Assembly: GCA_963575745.1 (NCBI GenBank)
Contig: CAUYUJ010000002.1
Coordinates: 124,001 to 188,000 of the forward strand
Reading direction: 5' to 3'
DNA length: 64,000 nt
Origin: Prorocentrum cordatum
Taxonomy: Eukaryota
Position numbers and translations under genes: made by a program. The notes below the pieces were generated by a model. The model did no database searches and had not been told where the DNA came from. It worked only from the letters and a program-made list of their open reading frames with translations. Numbering within the stretch: position 1 is the first letter of the stretch; every line of letters begins with the position of its first letter. Positions 12,601-25,095 of the stretch are shown piece by piece.

Positions 12601-14785
12601 CGCCGCCGCGCCGAGCGCGCGCGCGCGGCGAGCCCTGTGCTGGTGGGCCCTGTACTGCCCATGCCAGAGAAGCCGCCGTGCTGGCTCGGGAACCATGATG
12701 ACCCCTTAGAGGTGGCCGATTGCATTCGCCGCGCGCCAATCGATCGGGTCAGCGCGCGACGCGCGCGCACTCATTGTGGGTCATTGGCCGCCGTGGTGTC
12801 TCGCTCGCGAACGCAGCTCCGAATGTTTTCGGATTCGCTCTTGGGGCCAGCGCGGGTTGGCACGCGGGCGGGCGTGTTTCGCGATGTTGCGGGCGTTGGT
12901 CTCGGGCGGGCTGGCCGCGCGCACGGTGCGCTATTATGCGAGCGGCCATTTTTTAAAATCGGGTTGTGGCAGCCCGCGCGCGCGAGGAGAAGCTCGGTCG
13001 AACTTGTCAGACGCATGCACTTTACAACTTAGAATGCCTATTCGTGAAAAAGAAGCAAAGACAACGATACACGACGTTGCGAAATTATGTGGGATTTCTA
13101 TAAACTTCAATGTATCCATGCCAAACTACTGCTCGATATGATTATTTACAATGGTGTGGACGGTTCTGCTTGCAATTCATTGTAATTCGCACGAATCCCA
13201 AGTATTATGAGGCAAGCTCTGTTTATTTAGAACAACCAGCTGAAATGTGGCAAATCCGATAGGAACTCATACAAATTTGCAAGAATCGCAAAGATCCTGC
13301 AACAATTGCAGTTTATTGATTGAAACTGTATTAAACCCTGCTGAATTGAATGGATCCCACGTTAATTCAGAATAATCGCAAGGAGTGGGGACCAATTCTA
13401 GCTTATTATGAGGAATCATATATGAACCCCGGAAATTGCAGGCGCGCCATTGAAACTCGCAGTAAGTTTGCAGGCTCTATAAAGGAAGCAGCGCAATCTA
13501 ATGTGCTTCATTTGCGTTTGCAGTGCTGAATATGGCGCACGGGCTGCGGTCGGCGGGAGGCGGCATGCGCGGGCGCGCGGGTGTGCACTAACGCACAGCG
13601 CGAAGAATTCACGAGCGCGCGCAGTAGGACATCAGCCGTGTTGGCCTGGAAATGCAAATCAAGCCTTAACGGCGACCGATCCGATTTCCAACTCACCATG
13701 GGCCCTGGTGCATGCATTCCCTGCTAGCGCCGACCGATTATATTTCCAACATAACACGGGTCTTGGTGCATGTGTTCCCCGCCAGCGTGCCGCGTGGGGC
13801 AATGCTGAGCGTGCGCGGTAGGAAAGCAGCCGCGATGGCATCGATACTAAAGGTAGACCTATTGCGGCGGCAGGTTGAATATCTAAGTAAACATGTGCTC
13901 TGTGCGCGTTCTTTGATGACGCGCGCGCGCCGCGCGGTGAATTTCTGAGCGCGCGCAGCGGTGCAGCGGCCACGTTGGCCTGGAAACTCAAGCGAACCCT
14001 TGTCGGCGACAGACCGGATTTCCAAACTAACATGGTTGCTGGCGCACCTTTATCCGATGGCGCGCAGGCTGCTGTCGGCGGGCGGCGCGCGAGCGCGCGC
14101 CGCGCGGGGAAACCTTGAGTTTGCTGAATCGGAAAGCAGCCTTGCTGGCCTGGAAACTAAAGTGGGCCCTTAGTGGCGGCCGATTGGATTTCCAAGTTGG
14201 CATGGGTCCTGGTGCATGTTTTCTCTGATGGCGCGCAGGCGGCGGTCGGTGGGCGGCGCGCGCGCGCCGCAGGGGGAATTCCTCAGTGCGCGCAATGAGC
14301 AATCAGACATTTTGGCATGGAAATTCAATTTTTTCATTAGCGACTGCACATGGGATTTTCAAGTTCACATGCGCCCTGGTACATGTTTGCATTCAAAACG
14401 CGCGGGCAGCGGGCGGCGGGCAGCGAGGGCGGCGCGCGCGCGCCGCATGGATCATGCTTGTGCGCGCGCAATAGAAACGCCGCCACGCTTGCCTGGCAAC
14501 TGCAGTGGGCCCTCAGCTTCGGCCGATTGGATTTCCAAGTTAATTTGTATCCTGGCGCGCACTTTCTACTGGTGGCGCGCGGCTGGCGGCGCGCGCGTTA
14601 TTATTTTTTGTAATAAATGACTAAATGTATAACTCTATGTCTAACTCGCTAATTGACTACTGACTAACTGATTCAACTCCTACTACTACGACTACGACGA
14701 CTACTACTACTACTGCTACTACTACTATTGCTATTACTACTACTACTACTACTACTACTACTGCTACTACTACTACTACTATTAT

Positions 14786-14835
<50 letters not shown>

Positions 14836-14849
14836 ACTACTACTACTGT

Positions 14850-14885
<36 letters not shown>

Positions 14886-14935
14886 CTCTACTACTACTAC
14901 TACTACTACTACTAGTATTACTACTACTACTACTA

Positions 14936-14974
<39 letters not shown>

Positions 14975-15134
14975 CAGTACTTTCAATCCTATTGTGCTAC
15001 GAGGGCAGATCTTGTTTATTCCTGTTAGTCTTTTACCACTACTACGATTACCGCCGCTACTACTGCTAGTATTACAAGATTATTTTTACGACAGCTACGA
15101 CTACCACGGCGACGTCGACGAGTACTAGCATTAT

Positions 15135-15170
<36 letters not shown>

Positions 15171-15265
15171 GACTACTACAACTACTACTACGATGACTGC
15201 CACCACTACTGCAACTACTTTTACTACTACCATGGCTACTACTACTCCTACTACTACTACTACTA

Positions 15266-15302
<37 letters not shown>

Positions 15303-15340
15303 GACTACGACTACCACTACTACTACTACGACTACGAATG

Positions 15341-15372
<32 letters not shown>

Positions 15373-15377
15373 GCTAC

Positions 15378-15412
<35 letters not shown>

Positions 15413-15862
15413 TTACTACTACTACTACGTTTACGACTACTTCTGCTACTACTATTACTACTGCTACTACTGCTACTCCCCTTACTGCTACGGCGGCGAC
15501 GACGACGGCGGCTGCTACTACTACCTGCCATTATTGCTACTACTGCACCAAATGCTACTGCTACTATTACGGCTACTACTACTCTTACGATTACTACTAT
15601 ATCTACTACGATTATCACCACTATTTTTATTACAGTTACTACGACTGTTACTTTTACCGCTACAACTAGTATTAACATTATCATTACTATCACTACTACT
15701 GCTAGTCGTATTATCACGCCTACTACTATTACAACGACAACTTGAATTACTACTACACATAAAACTACTATTAGTTCAATAACTACTGCCATTATTTTTA
15801 TTCTTATTAATACTACTACGCCTACTACGACTACTACTACTGCTGCTTTACCATTACTACTC

Positions 15863-15917
<55 letters not shown>

Positions 15918-16182
15918 GACTACTGCTTCTACTATTGCTACTGCTACTACTACTACTACTACTACCACTACTACTACTACTACGATTGCTACAACTACTA
16001 CGACGATTAGCACTACTGCTGCCACACATGATACAACTACGTCTACTAGTAGCACTGCTACCACTTACTACTACTACTACTACTACTTTTACCACTTACT
16101 TTTAGTACTACGACTACTTTTATTATTACTACTACTACTACTACTACCACTCCTACTAGTACTACTACTACTACTATACTTT

Positions 16183-16223
<41 letters not shown>

Positions 16224-16296
16224 TTAGTAGTACTACTACTACTACTGCTACTACTACGACTACTACTACTACTACTACTACTACTAGTGCTGCTAT

Positions 16297-16332
<36 letters not shown>

Positions 16333-16333
16333 G

Positions 16334-16377
<44 letters not shown>

Positions 16378-17720
16378 CACTACTATTCCTATTCGTGGTA
16401 CCGCTGGTATCTTCCATCGTACACGCACTACACATATACATATAACCATGCACAAGCCATCGGTCCATTCCGCCGCCGTGCTTGGCTTGTGTGAGTGAAG
16501 CATCTTGGGCGTTCGCTTGGATTTATTGGGGTGCTTTTCGGGGGCCTCTTTGAAACTGTTTCGAAGCTTCCTGGGTGCAATGGTGGTGCCCCCTGGGGTC
16601 TCTTCAGGGCATCCTGGTGCCGTTTTCGGGCGCATTGGGGCGGGCGCAGGGCCTCTTAGGGCCTCTGGTGGTGGGGGGTGGAGGGTAGAATTTTCTGCTC
16701 GGGGCCCCCATCTTGGGCCCTTCTCGGGGCCGCCCTGGGGCTGTCTTGGGCGAGCCGGAACGCGGCGGAGCCGATGCACGTTGAGCGTTGATGCCTGCGA
16801 ACGGGCCAACGACACGCAAGCGCACGCCACCGCTTTGCCTGCAAATTTCGCCAGGGATGGGCAATTGCGCAGGCGGAGGGCGGGGTGAGTGGGGCGAGCG
16901 GGGCGGCGCGGGTGGATGTTGTAGGGGCATGGGGGCACGGGAAGGCGCGGCAATGTTCTGGGCGATTCGCCGCTCCATCCCTCCACACCGCCTTTTCCAC
17001 CCACCCGCGCCGCCGTTTTCGCCCTCTCCCAATCCGCCCCCCCCTCCGCGGCGACCCCTCCGACGAAATACGTGGGCAACGCGGCCCGTGCGCGGAAGCG
17101 TCGTATGCAGCGCGGGCCTGGTTGTCCAACTTGGCGCCGTCGATAAACAGCCTCCCAGGGATCACAGCGTCGGGGCCATGTTGCATGACCACTTCGTGCG
17201 TGTGGTAGTTGTCGCAAAGCAAGTGCAACTGGCCCCTGTGCAGCATGATCTCCGCCTCCTCGCTCCGCCACTTCCGCGCCAGCACCTCGTAGAAGGGCAC
17301 GGTCGGTACCAGCTCCCTCTTGGCAGAGCGGCCTTTCCGCGCGTTGACGGGCATCATAGTGTAGTGAAGGCAATGGCGACGAATATCGTTGCCACCTAAT
17401 ACTTTGTATACAGACCTCGATGAATTTCTGTCGTGCTGCAGGTCCCGCGCGAGATCTTCAACTCCAACTCCTTTTGATCTGGTGATCAGAAAGCATAATT
17501 TGACCAACACTTTCGCAGAGATCTCTCCAGAAAACCACAGCCCCAACAGGAGCTCGCGGAGCAGCCGAGGATACTCTGGCGCCTCACGCTCCGCGTGTTC
17601 CTTGGCAATGGAGCAGCCCAGTCTGCGGTCCGCCGCAGAGGCGGTGTAGCGTGCCGTTCTCAGAAGAGCGCGGCCAGCCTGCCTGAACTGCTTGAACGTA
17701 GGCCGTCGCTTCTCGCCCAT
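5618..17720 (-). CDS. CACTA/EnSpm-like (CMC superfamily) DDE transposase, 4 exons, ~780 aa
   Basis: Exons 17720-17118 (MGEKRR..GRLFIDGAKLDNQ, donor CAG|GC), 16480-16447 (HGGGMDRWLVH, donor G|GT), 7948-7272 (acceptor TTCAG|G; CRCGCRG..AADLDEMQKTFGLPDYRSSHGCLRC) and 6649-5618 (acceptor CAG|G; DSMHFADLG..KLKAGK..KFHAFARH..GNPAWSHNYRDESEN). Phases 0/1/0 join in frame. The motif order D..D, CxxC, DxxH, H(4)H, E matches CMC-type transposases. The exon 3 donor and the C-terminal end are tentative. Confidence 0.8.
7990..9715. repeat. Degenerate (ACT)n switching to (AGT)n at ~8460
   Basis: Read directly; lies inside transposase intron 2. Confidence 0.9.
9810..10800 (+). repeat. Diverged ~135-190 bp satellite, forward orientation
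   Basis: CCAGGCCAGCATGGCTGC-like cores at ~9911, 10097, 10256, 10435, 10572 and 10707, with the motif GGAAATCCAATCGGCCGCCGCTAAGG. Confidence 0.8.
10854..13479. mobile_element. Putative non-autonomous TIR element with TA flanks
   Basis: TA|TAGAGCCTGCAA (10854-10865) and TTGCAGGCTCTA|TA (13468-13479). Similarity continues inward (TGCGAG). AT-rich right part at 13020-13480. Confidence 0.55.
11690..14595 (-). repeat. Same satellite in reverse orientation (interrupted ~12750-13500)
   Basis: Reverse-complement cores GCAGCC..GCTGGCCTGGAAA at ~12266, 13632, 13966 and 14136. Confidence 0.8.
14680..16390. repeat. Degenerate (ACT)n microsatellite
   Basis: Read directly. Confidence 0.9.
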
Positions 17721-17751
17721 GGTAGCGCACCCTGCCGACCGAGGCGAGACC

Positions 17752-17772
17752 CTCGAGCCAAAATGGCTACGG
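17752..17772 (-). other. Dinoflagellate spliced-leader relic
   Basis: Minus strand reads CCGTAGCCATTTTGGCTCGAG against the DinoSL CCGTAGCCATTTTGGCTCAAG (20/21). It lies 31 nt upstream of the transposase ATG. Confidence 0.92.
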
Positions 17773-18529
17773 GGCCAATCGCGCACACGCAGTGCTCTTG
17801 GCTCATGGGCAATCTCACTTCGCGCCTCGCGCCTCGCGGTGCACGAAGCGCGGTTATCGCCGCGGCATCGCGCCGCCGCCTTGGAGGGGGGCGCCGTTGC
17901 AACCAGTGCCACGACGCGCGAAGCGCGATTGTCTGGGCACCCTTGGGGTGTGACTAGCCTAGGGTTCGGCCGACCGCGGGTCCAAGGTCGGCGCGCGGTT
18001 ATCTCCGTTCCCTCGCACCGCCGCCGCGGGCGCGGGCGCATTTGCGGCCCAGGCCGCGACGCGCGAGGCGCGATTATTTGAGCGCCCCTGGCGGTTAGTC
18101 AGGAAGCGGCCGACTTTGGACCTGAGGTAGGCGAGCCCGCCGCTGTTGCCAAACCGACGCCGCGCGGATAGCGCGGCCGCGGACCTTGGGCCCAGCGACG
18201 CGCGAAGCGCGATTATCTTGGCGCCTTTGGGGCGTGACCTATGGCTCGGCCGACCGCGGATCCAAGGTCGGCGCGCGGTTACCTCTGCACCTTCGCACCG
18301 CCGCAGTGGGGGCGGGCACCTCTGCTGCCCAGGCCGCGACGCGCGATGCGCGATTATCTCGGCGCCCCTCGGCGTTGCCCTGGACTCGGCCGACCTTGGA
18401 TATGGGGTCGGCGAGCTTGCCGCATTGGTCAAACCAGCAACGCACGAACAGCATGACCACGGACCCTGAGCCCAGCATCGGCCTGACCAGGCTGGCGCGG
18501 GTGCGCGCCCGTTACTCAGGCAACCCAGC

Positions 18530-18638
18530 ATGATGATGATGCTGATGCTGATGCTGAGGATGACGATGATCATGATCATGACCATGATCATGATCATGAT
18601 GATGGTGATGATGATGGTGATGATGATGATGATGTTGC

Positions 18639-18670
<32 letters not shown>

Positions 18671-18765
18671 CCAGTGATGATGAAGAAGAAACTGGTGATG
18701 TTGATGATGGTAAGGGTCATGATGATGACGATGATGATGCTGATGACGATGATGGTGATGCTGAC
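18530..18765. repeat. (GAT)n microsatellite
   Basis: Read directly. Confidence 0.9.
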
Positions 18766-19321
18766 ACCTCTGGCGTATCGTTCATACCTAATGTTGTATT
18801 CGTGACGCGGTGGTGCCACTCGGTTTATGATAATCCAATCGGCATACATCGAACCTAATTGCAGTACTAGATAGCAATATGTGTTGGTCCACGCCTTCGA
18901 GTGTGCCCTTGGGGCCTCGTGGTGGCCTTTTGTGTGCCTCTCGTAGGCCTCCCGCGCCCCCCCATTTGGTGGCATCTTGAGGGGCCTCTTGTAAGTTTCT
19001 TGTGGGCAGCCTGGGGCCTCGATCTCGGGGTGTCCTCTTGGGGCCTCGATCTTTGGGCTCTCGCCTGGCTGGGGCGAGCGAGGATGGAGCGACACACCCT
19101 TTCCCACAGAAAGCTCGCGGAGTACATGGGCACGGCGTCAGCGGGCCAGCCGCCACAGTCGCCCTCGCACTGCTGCACAGCGTGGCACGCGCCCGCAGCC
19201 CAATACAAGAGGGGCGCACACAACGTTCGCCGCATTGCTATATTGCTCGGCCCTATCACCGACGCCATATACACAAACTTAACTGTGTGTGCGCCCCTAT
19301 CCCACCCTCGGGATCTGTGAT

Positions 19322-19484
19322 CGCCGCAGCGGGATGAGATTTGGCACGCCCGAAGGGCCTCGATCAACGGAGCCCCAGCGCCAAGCCACCGCGTGTCTGG
19401 CCCAGGGGGGCCAACGCGGACCCTTGCAAGGGCGAGGCCTCATCGAGGCCCTTCGGGCGCGCCAAATCCAATCTGGCTGCGGCG
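19322..19484. other. 43-bp imperfect inverted repeat (long hairpin)
   Basis: 19322-19364 CGCCGCAGCGGGATGAGATTTGGCACGCCCGAAGGGCCTCGAT pairs with 19442-19484. The 77-nt loop contains small stems. Confidence 0.85.
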
Positions 19485-19678
19485 TGTGCAGCTCGAGCTA
19501 CAATCAAAATCAATGGTAAGGACGGGTGGAGGACGCAGGACCCTTGGAGGCCGAACGATGATGGGTGTGAGGGAGGAGGGGAAGGGGGGGAGGACGCAAG
19601 GGTACCTTGGCGCGTCTGTACCATTGATTTTGACCATGCTAGAATTAGCCAGCGGGCGGCGCCCTGACAGCTCGGCGT

Positions 19679-22600
19679 TCACGAGGATGAGCTCGAAGAT
19701 GAATCCGAAGAAGACGACGATGAACTGTCCTCGCTCGATGGCGCGGCCCAGCCCCTCCTCCCTCCCTCCAGGTCCCTCCTCTCGCCTTCCTCCTCCCCCC
19801 CCTCCTCCTGCTCCCCATGCTCCTCCTCCTCTTCCTCCTCGTCCTCCTCCTCCTCCTCCTCCTCCTTCTCCTCCTCGTCCCCCTCCTCCTCGTCCTTCTC
19901 CTCCTTCTCCTCCTCCTCCTCCTCCTCCTCCTCCTCTATCGCCGTCTCTCATCTTCCTCCTCCTCCCTCCTCCTCCTCCTCCTCCTCCTCATCCTCCTCT
20001 TGCTCCTCCTCCTCCTCCTCCTCCTCCTCCTCCTCCTCTATCGCCGTCCCTCCGCTTCCTCCTCCTTTCGTCCTTTCCCCACCTCCTTCTCTCATCCTCC
20101 TCTTCCGTTGTGTTGCAATCGATTGGATTGCAATTGATTGAAGCGCAATTGTTAGGATTGCCATCGATCGGATTGCAATCATTTGGTTTGCGATCCGATC
20201 GATTGCAATCCACTCCGACCTCCGATTCTCGGACCTCTAGGGGTGGCATACCTGTTCCTCCTGCTCCTCCTGCTCCTCCTGCTCCTCCTCCTCCACGTCC
20301 TCCTTCTGCCTTATCCTCTTCCTCGTCATCCTCCTCGTTCTCCTCCTCCTCCGCCCGCGCTGGTCCTTGTGCTTGGCCTTCTTGGAGGTACGCTTGTGCT
20401 CGTCCGTCGTCGCCTCGATGTTCTTCTTGGGCGTCATCTTCGGTTTGCCTGCACTTTTGCACTTTGCCTTGCCTTTAGCTTTTGCCTTTGGCACAACCAC
20501 TGGCTCGTGATCATCAGACTCGGACTTGTCCTTCTTGCCTTTTTTCTTTTTGTCTTTCTTATCATTTCGGTCTTTCTTAGTCTTTTTGTCTTTCGATCCC
20601 TTTTTGTTTTTCTTGTCCTTTTTGCCCTTGGGCTTGCTCTCGCTCGACTCCGAGGCGTCCTTGCGCTTCTTCTTCTTCTTTCCCTTCTTGTCGCCGTCGT
20701 GGTCGTCGTTCTTTCCGTTTTTAGTCTTGTCGTTTTTCTTGTTATTCTTCTTGTCAGCGATGTCACCGCTGCTGTCGTCATGCTTGTCCTGCTTCGTCTT
20801 TTTATTGCCGCGCTTCTTCTTCTTGCTGTCGGCGTCCTTGTCGCTGTCGCTGCTGGAGAGGTCCTTTTTCTTTTTCTTCTTTTTTGTCGACTCCTCGTCG
20901 TCGGCCCAATCATCGCACCAGTCGCCGTCGTCCTGCCACTGCTCCTCTTCTTCCTCGCCAGCACAGTTGTCCTCGTCATCCTCGGCCTCGGTCGGCTTCA
21001 CCGTGCCGCCCTTCTCGATGCTGGCCTCCTTCCTCGTGCCATGCCGTTCGAGCTTCCGCGTGTAGTACACAACTCGCATCTGCTGCTTCTCGTCGTACTT
21101 CTGGAGGCCGTGTTTCTTGGCGAACTCCATATACGCTGTGGACGCCTCCTCCGACTTCAGCCTGTCCTGCAACTGGTGCTGGTTGAGCCACTCACCCTCT
21201 GTCTCCGTCTCCTGCCTGTGGCGCGGCCGGAACGCCAGGACCGACCGCCCCCCCCAGAGGCCATCTTAGGCCCTCTAAGGGCCCAAGATGGGCCCTCAAG
21301 GTCCTCTCAGGGCCTCTTGGGCCCTCTAAGGCTTCTTGGGGAGACAGGGGGTGCCCTCCGAGGCCTCCTAGGCCTCGTGTGCCCTCTGTTAACTACCTTG
21401 GGCCATCCGAAGCCTCTGAGGCATCTTGGGAGGAGAGGGGGGCCCTCCGAGGCATCTTGGGCCCCTTGGGCCCTTAGAATAATTATCTTCGGCCCTCTGA
21501 GGCCTCCGAGGCATCTTGGGAGAAGAGGGGGCCCTCCGAGGCCTCCGAGGCTCCTCAGGGGGGGAGAGGGTGGCCCTCCGAACCCGATGCATTCGAGCCC
21601 CCATTGGGTCACGGCCTTGGAGGGCCTCTCGGATGGCCCAGCGATCCCCAAATCTATTTCCCCCATCCGTGACGGGGCGGTCGGGCTTGGTATCCCAGCC
21701 GAGGTACCACATGCTCTTCCTCGCTTTGAGGACAGTCCCAGCAGCGTTGAAGTCCCTGTCGCACTGGAGCCACACCGCACGCAGCTGCGCTTTCACCTAG
21801 GAAAAGACAACATCACCATGCCCCTCCTTCATGCACCTCATCCTCCCCTTTCCTCACGTCCTCCTCCGTCTCTTCCTCCTCTTCCTCTTCCTCCTCCTCT
21901 TCCTCCTCCTCCTTCTCCTACTCCTACTCCTAATCCTAACCCTACTCCTAATCCTACTCCACCACCTCCTCCTCCCTCTCCTCCTCCTGCTCCTCCTCTT
22001 CCTCCCTTGCCTCCTCCTCCTCCTCCTCCGACTCCTCCTGAACCTCCTCCTCCTCCTCCTCCTCCGTGCCCCATCCTCGTCGTCGCCCTCCTCCTCCTCC
22101 TCCTCCTACTCCTGCCTGGTCAACATGTGGTCTTGAGATTTGTGTCGCTACCCGTTGTTCCTCCATCTCCTCGTCCTCGTCCTCGTCCTCCTCCTCGTCC
22201 TCCTCGTCCTCCTCTTCCTCCTCATCTCCCTCCTCCTCCTCACTATCCTTCTCCTCCTCCTCCTCCTCCTCCCTCCTCCTCCTCTTCCTCCTTCTCCTCC
22301 TCTTTCGACGCCTCCTCCTCATCCACGAGGAAGAAGAGGAGGGGAAGGATGGGGTGGAGGAGGAGGAGGAGGAGGAAGAGAATGAGGAGGAGGAGGGGGA
22401 TGCGAAGGAGGAGGAGCAGGAGGAGGAGGCGCAGGAGGAGGAGGAGGGGGAGAACGTTCGGCCCCGACAAACCGTCATGCTGTGCGTGCTGGTGTACTTC
22501 TTGATGAACTCCTTGGCCTCGTCCTCTAGGATTTCGCCGCCGTTCTCGGCCAGGTCCTTGGCGGCCTTGACGTGCCTGCTGAACATGCGGTTCGCGCTGG

Positions 22601-22691
22601 CGTTGTTCTTCTTGTCCCTCTTGCTCTTGGGCCCTCGCTTCACCTTCCTGGGGACCAGCGCCGCGATGGAGCCAGCCGGCGTCGCCTCCAT
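19679..22691 (-). CDS. Unknown lysine-rich protein, possible transposon accessory (TnpA-like position)
   Basis: Exons 22691-22473 (MEATPAG..KKYTSTHSMT|GT), 21796-21708 (TAG|VKAQLRAVWLQCDRDF..KSM, TG|GT) and 21215-~20237 (CACAG|G; WQETETEGEWLNQHQLQDRLKSEEA..VYYTRK then a K/D-rich tail). Phases 0/2 are consistent. The 3' end is uncertain: stop at 20237, or a Ser-rich last exon ending in TGA at 19679. Confidence 0.7.
20112..20212. repeat. Degenerate 15-mer self-complementary repeat (GATTGCAATC core)
   Basis: ttgcaatcgattgga-like units, about 6 copies. Confidence 0.7.
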
Positions 22692-23199
22692 GGAAGCTGG
22701 CGCCGACGTAGTCGTGCCGCGCGACGGCGCAGCACGTGGCGCGACTCGGCCACCTCCTCGTGGCCAAACGCCCTCGATGAGAGATGGCTGCAAACGGGGT
22801 CGAGGAAGTAGGCTGAGACTCGCAAGGGCCTCCAAGATGGCCTCCCAGATGGCCCCAGCAGGGCCGCCAGAGCTTCCAACATGGCCCCAGGAGAGCCTCC
22901 AGGGCCCAGGTCGCGGCCGATGGCCCATGGCCCCAGCAGGGCCGCCAGGGCCCCAGAGGGCCGACACCTGTTTAGATTGGGCCAGCGCCTCCCCCGATCG
23001 AGTTTGATCCAAGAGGGCCTGTCAGGCCGAGGGCAACGCCGTGGCCTCCACGCTGGCCCCAGGAGGGCATCCACTTGCTCCATAGCTCAGGTTACGAGGG
23101 GAACTCATACTTAAAACACGTAGTCGTATACCTACTAACAGCACTAACACAACAACACAACTAATACACCTGGTTGGGCTAACACATCTACGATAGCTA

Positions 23200-23283
23200 C
23201 GTTTACTAGTGTTGCTGTTGCTGATGCTGCTACTACTACTGCTACTGCAGCTGATACAACTACTACTACTACTGCTACTACTG

Positions 23284-23319
<36 letters not shown>

Positions 23320-23400
23320 TTACTACTACTACTACTTACTACTTACTACTTACCACTTACTACTTACTACTTACGACTTACTACTTACTATTCCTACTTA

Positions 23401-23462
<62 letters not shown>

Positions 23463-23490
23463 ACTACTTACTACTTACTACTTACTACTA

Positions 23491-23544
<54 letters not shown>

Positions 23545-24052
23545 GGCTACTACTACTACTCCTACGACTGGTGCTGCGAGTGCCATTATTCTGTTTACGA
23601 TTGTTGCTGTTATTGCTGCTGTCACTGCTACTGCTGCTACTGCTACGGCTACGGCTACGACTACGGCTACTACTGCAACTACTACTGTGCATACTACTAC
23701 GACTTCTATTGCTACGGCTACGGTTGTTGCTACGTCTACGGCTACTACTGCGGCCACTACTACTGCTTCTGCTACGACTAGCATCACCAGCACGATGTTT
23801 TACGACTGCTACGATTACGGTGGTTGCTCTACTACTATTACTATTATTCGTGGTTTGGCTACCTCTACAAGTACTCCAGCTAATACTACCACTGCTGCTA
23901 CTACTGCTACTACTACTACTACTGTTGCGACGGTTACGGCTGCGGCTACCCCTGCCCCTCTGATTGCGATTGCGACTACGACTACGGCTACGATTATTTC
24001 TACTACTACTACTACTACTACTGCTACTACTACTACTACTACTACTACTACG

Positions 24053-24100
<48 letters not shown>

Positions 24101-24336
24101 ACTTGTACACCTACTATCTGCCAATACCGCTACTACCACTACTACTACCACAACCACCACCTGCTACTACTACTACTACTACCACCACTACTACTACTAC
24201 TACTACCACTACTACTACTACTGCTACTACTACTACTACTACTACTACTAGTACGGCTACGACTACGACGGCGAGCACGACTACTACTACTACTACTACT
24301 ACGACGACTACTACTACTACTACTACTACTACTACG

Positions 24337-24370
<34 letters not shown>

Positions 24371-24660
24371 TCACTACTGCTACTACTACTACTACTACTG
24401 CTACTACTACTACTACTACTACTAGTACTACTGCTGCTGCTGCTGCTACTACTACTACTACTACTACTACTACGACTACGGTTACGACTACTACCACGAC
24501 GGCGAAGACTATTACTACGCCTGTTGTTGCTACTACTACTGCTACTGCTACTACTACTATTACTACTACTACTACCACTACTACTACTACTACTATTATT
24601 ACTACTACTACTACTACTACTAGTAGTAGTAGTAGTACTGCAACGACAGCTGCTACTACT
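23200..24660. repeat. Degenerate (TAC)n microsatellite
   Basis: Read directly. Confidence 0.9.
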
Positions 24661-24696
24661 TCTATTCAGGCACAGGAGGGCGAGTGTTTGAGCCTG

Positions 24697-25095
24697 CGGG
24701 CCCGAAGTCGAATCTCGTCGGCGCGTGTTTAGATGCGCGGGCCCGAAATCGAGACATTGACCTGCGCGAGTCTCGATACGAGGGCCCAAAATCGAGACAT
24801 TGCCCTGCGCGTGTCTCGACTTGCGGGCCCGAAATCGAGACATTAGTCGGCGCGTGTCTCGATGTGCGGGCCCGAAATCGAGACACGTCGGCGCGTGTCT
24901 CGATTTGCGGGCCCGAAATCGAGACATTGGTCGTCGCGTGTCTCGATTTGCGGCCCCGAAATCGAGACACGTCGGCGCGTGTCTCGATTTGCGGGCCCAA
25001 AATCGAGACATTGGTCGGCGCGTGTCTCGATTTGCGGGCCCAAAATCGAGACACGTCGGCGCGTGTCTCGAAAAGCGGGCCCAAAATCGAGACAT
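24697..25095. repeat. Tandem array of 41-43 bp hairpin units
   Basis: About 9-10 units of GGGCCC-G-AAATCGAGACACG-TCGGCG-CGTGTCTCGATTT. The 41-bp units have a 13-bp perfect stem and alternate with 43-bp variants. Confidence 0.9.

Noticed and set aside
24697..25095. CRISPR-like palindromic repeat array
   Set aside because: The intervening sequences are 6-10 nt and near-identical rather than unique spacers; there are no cas-like ORFs and the context is eukaryotic.
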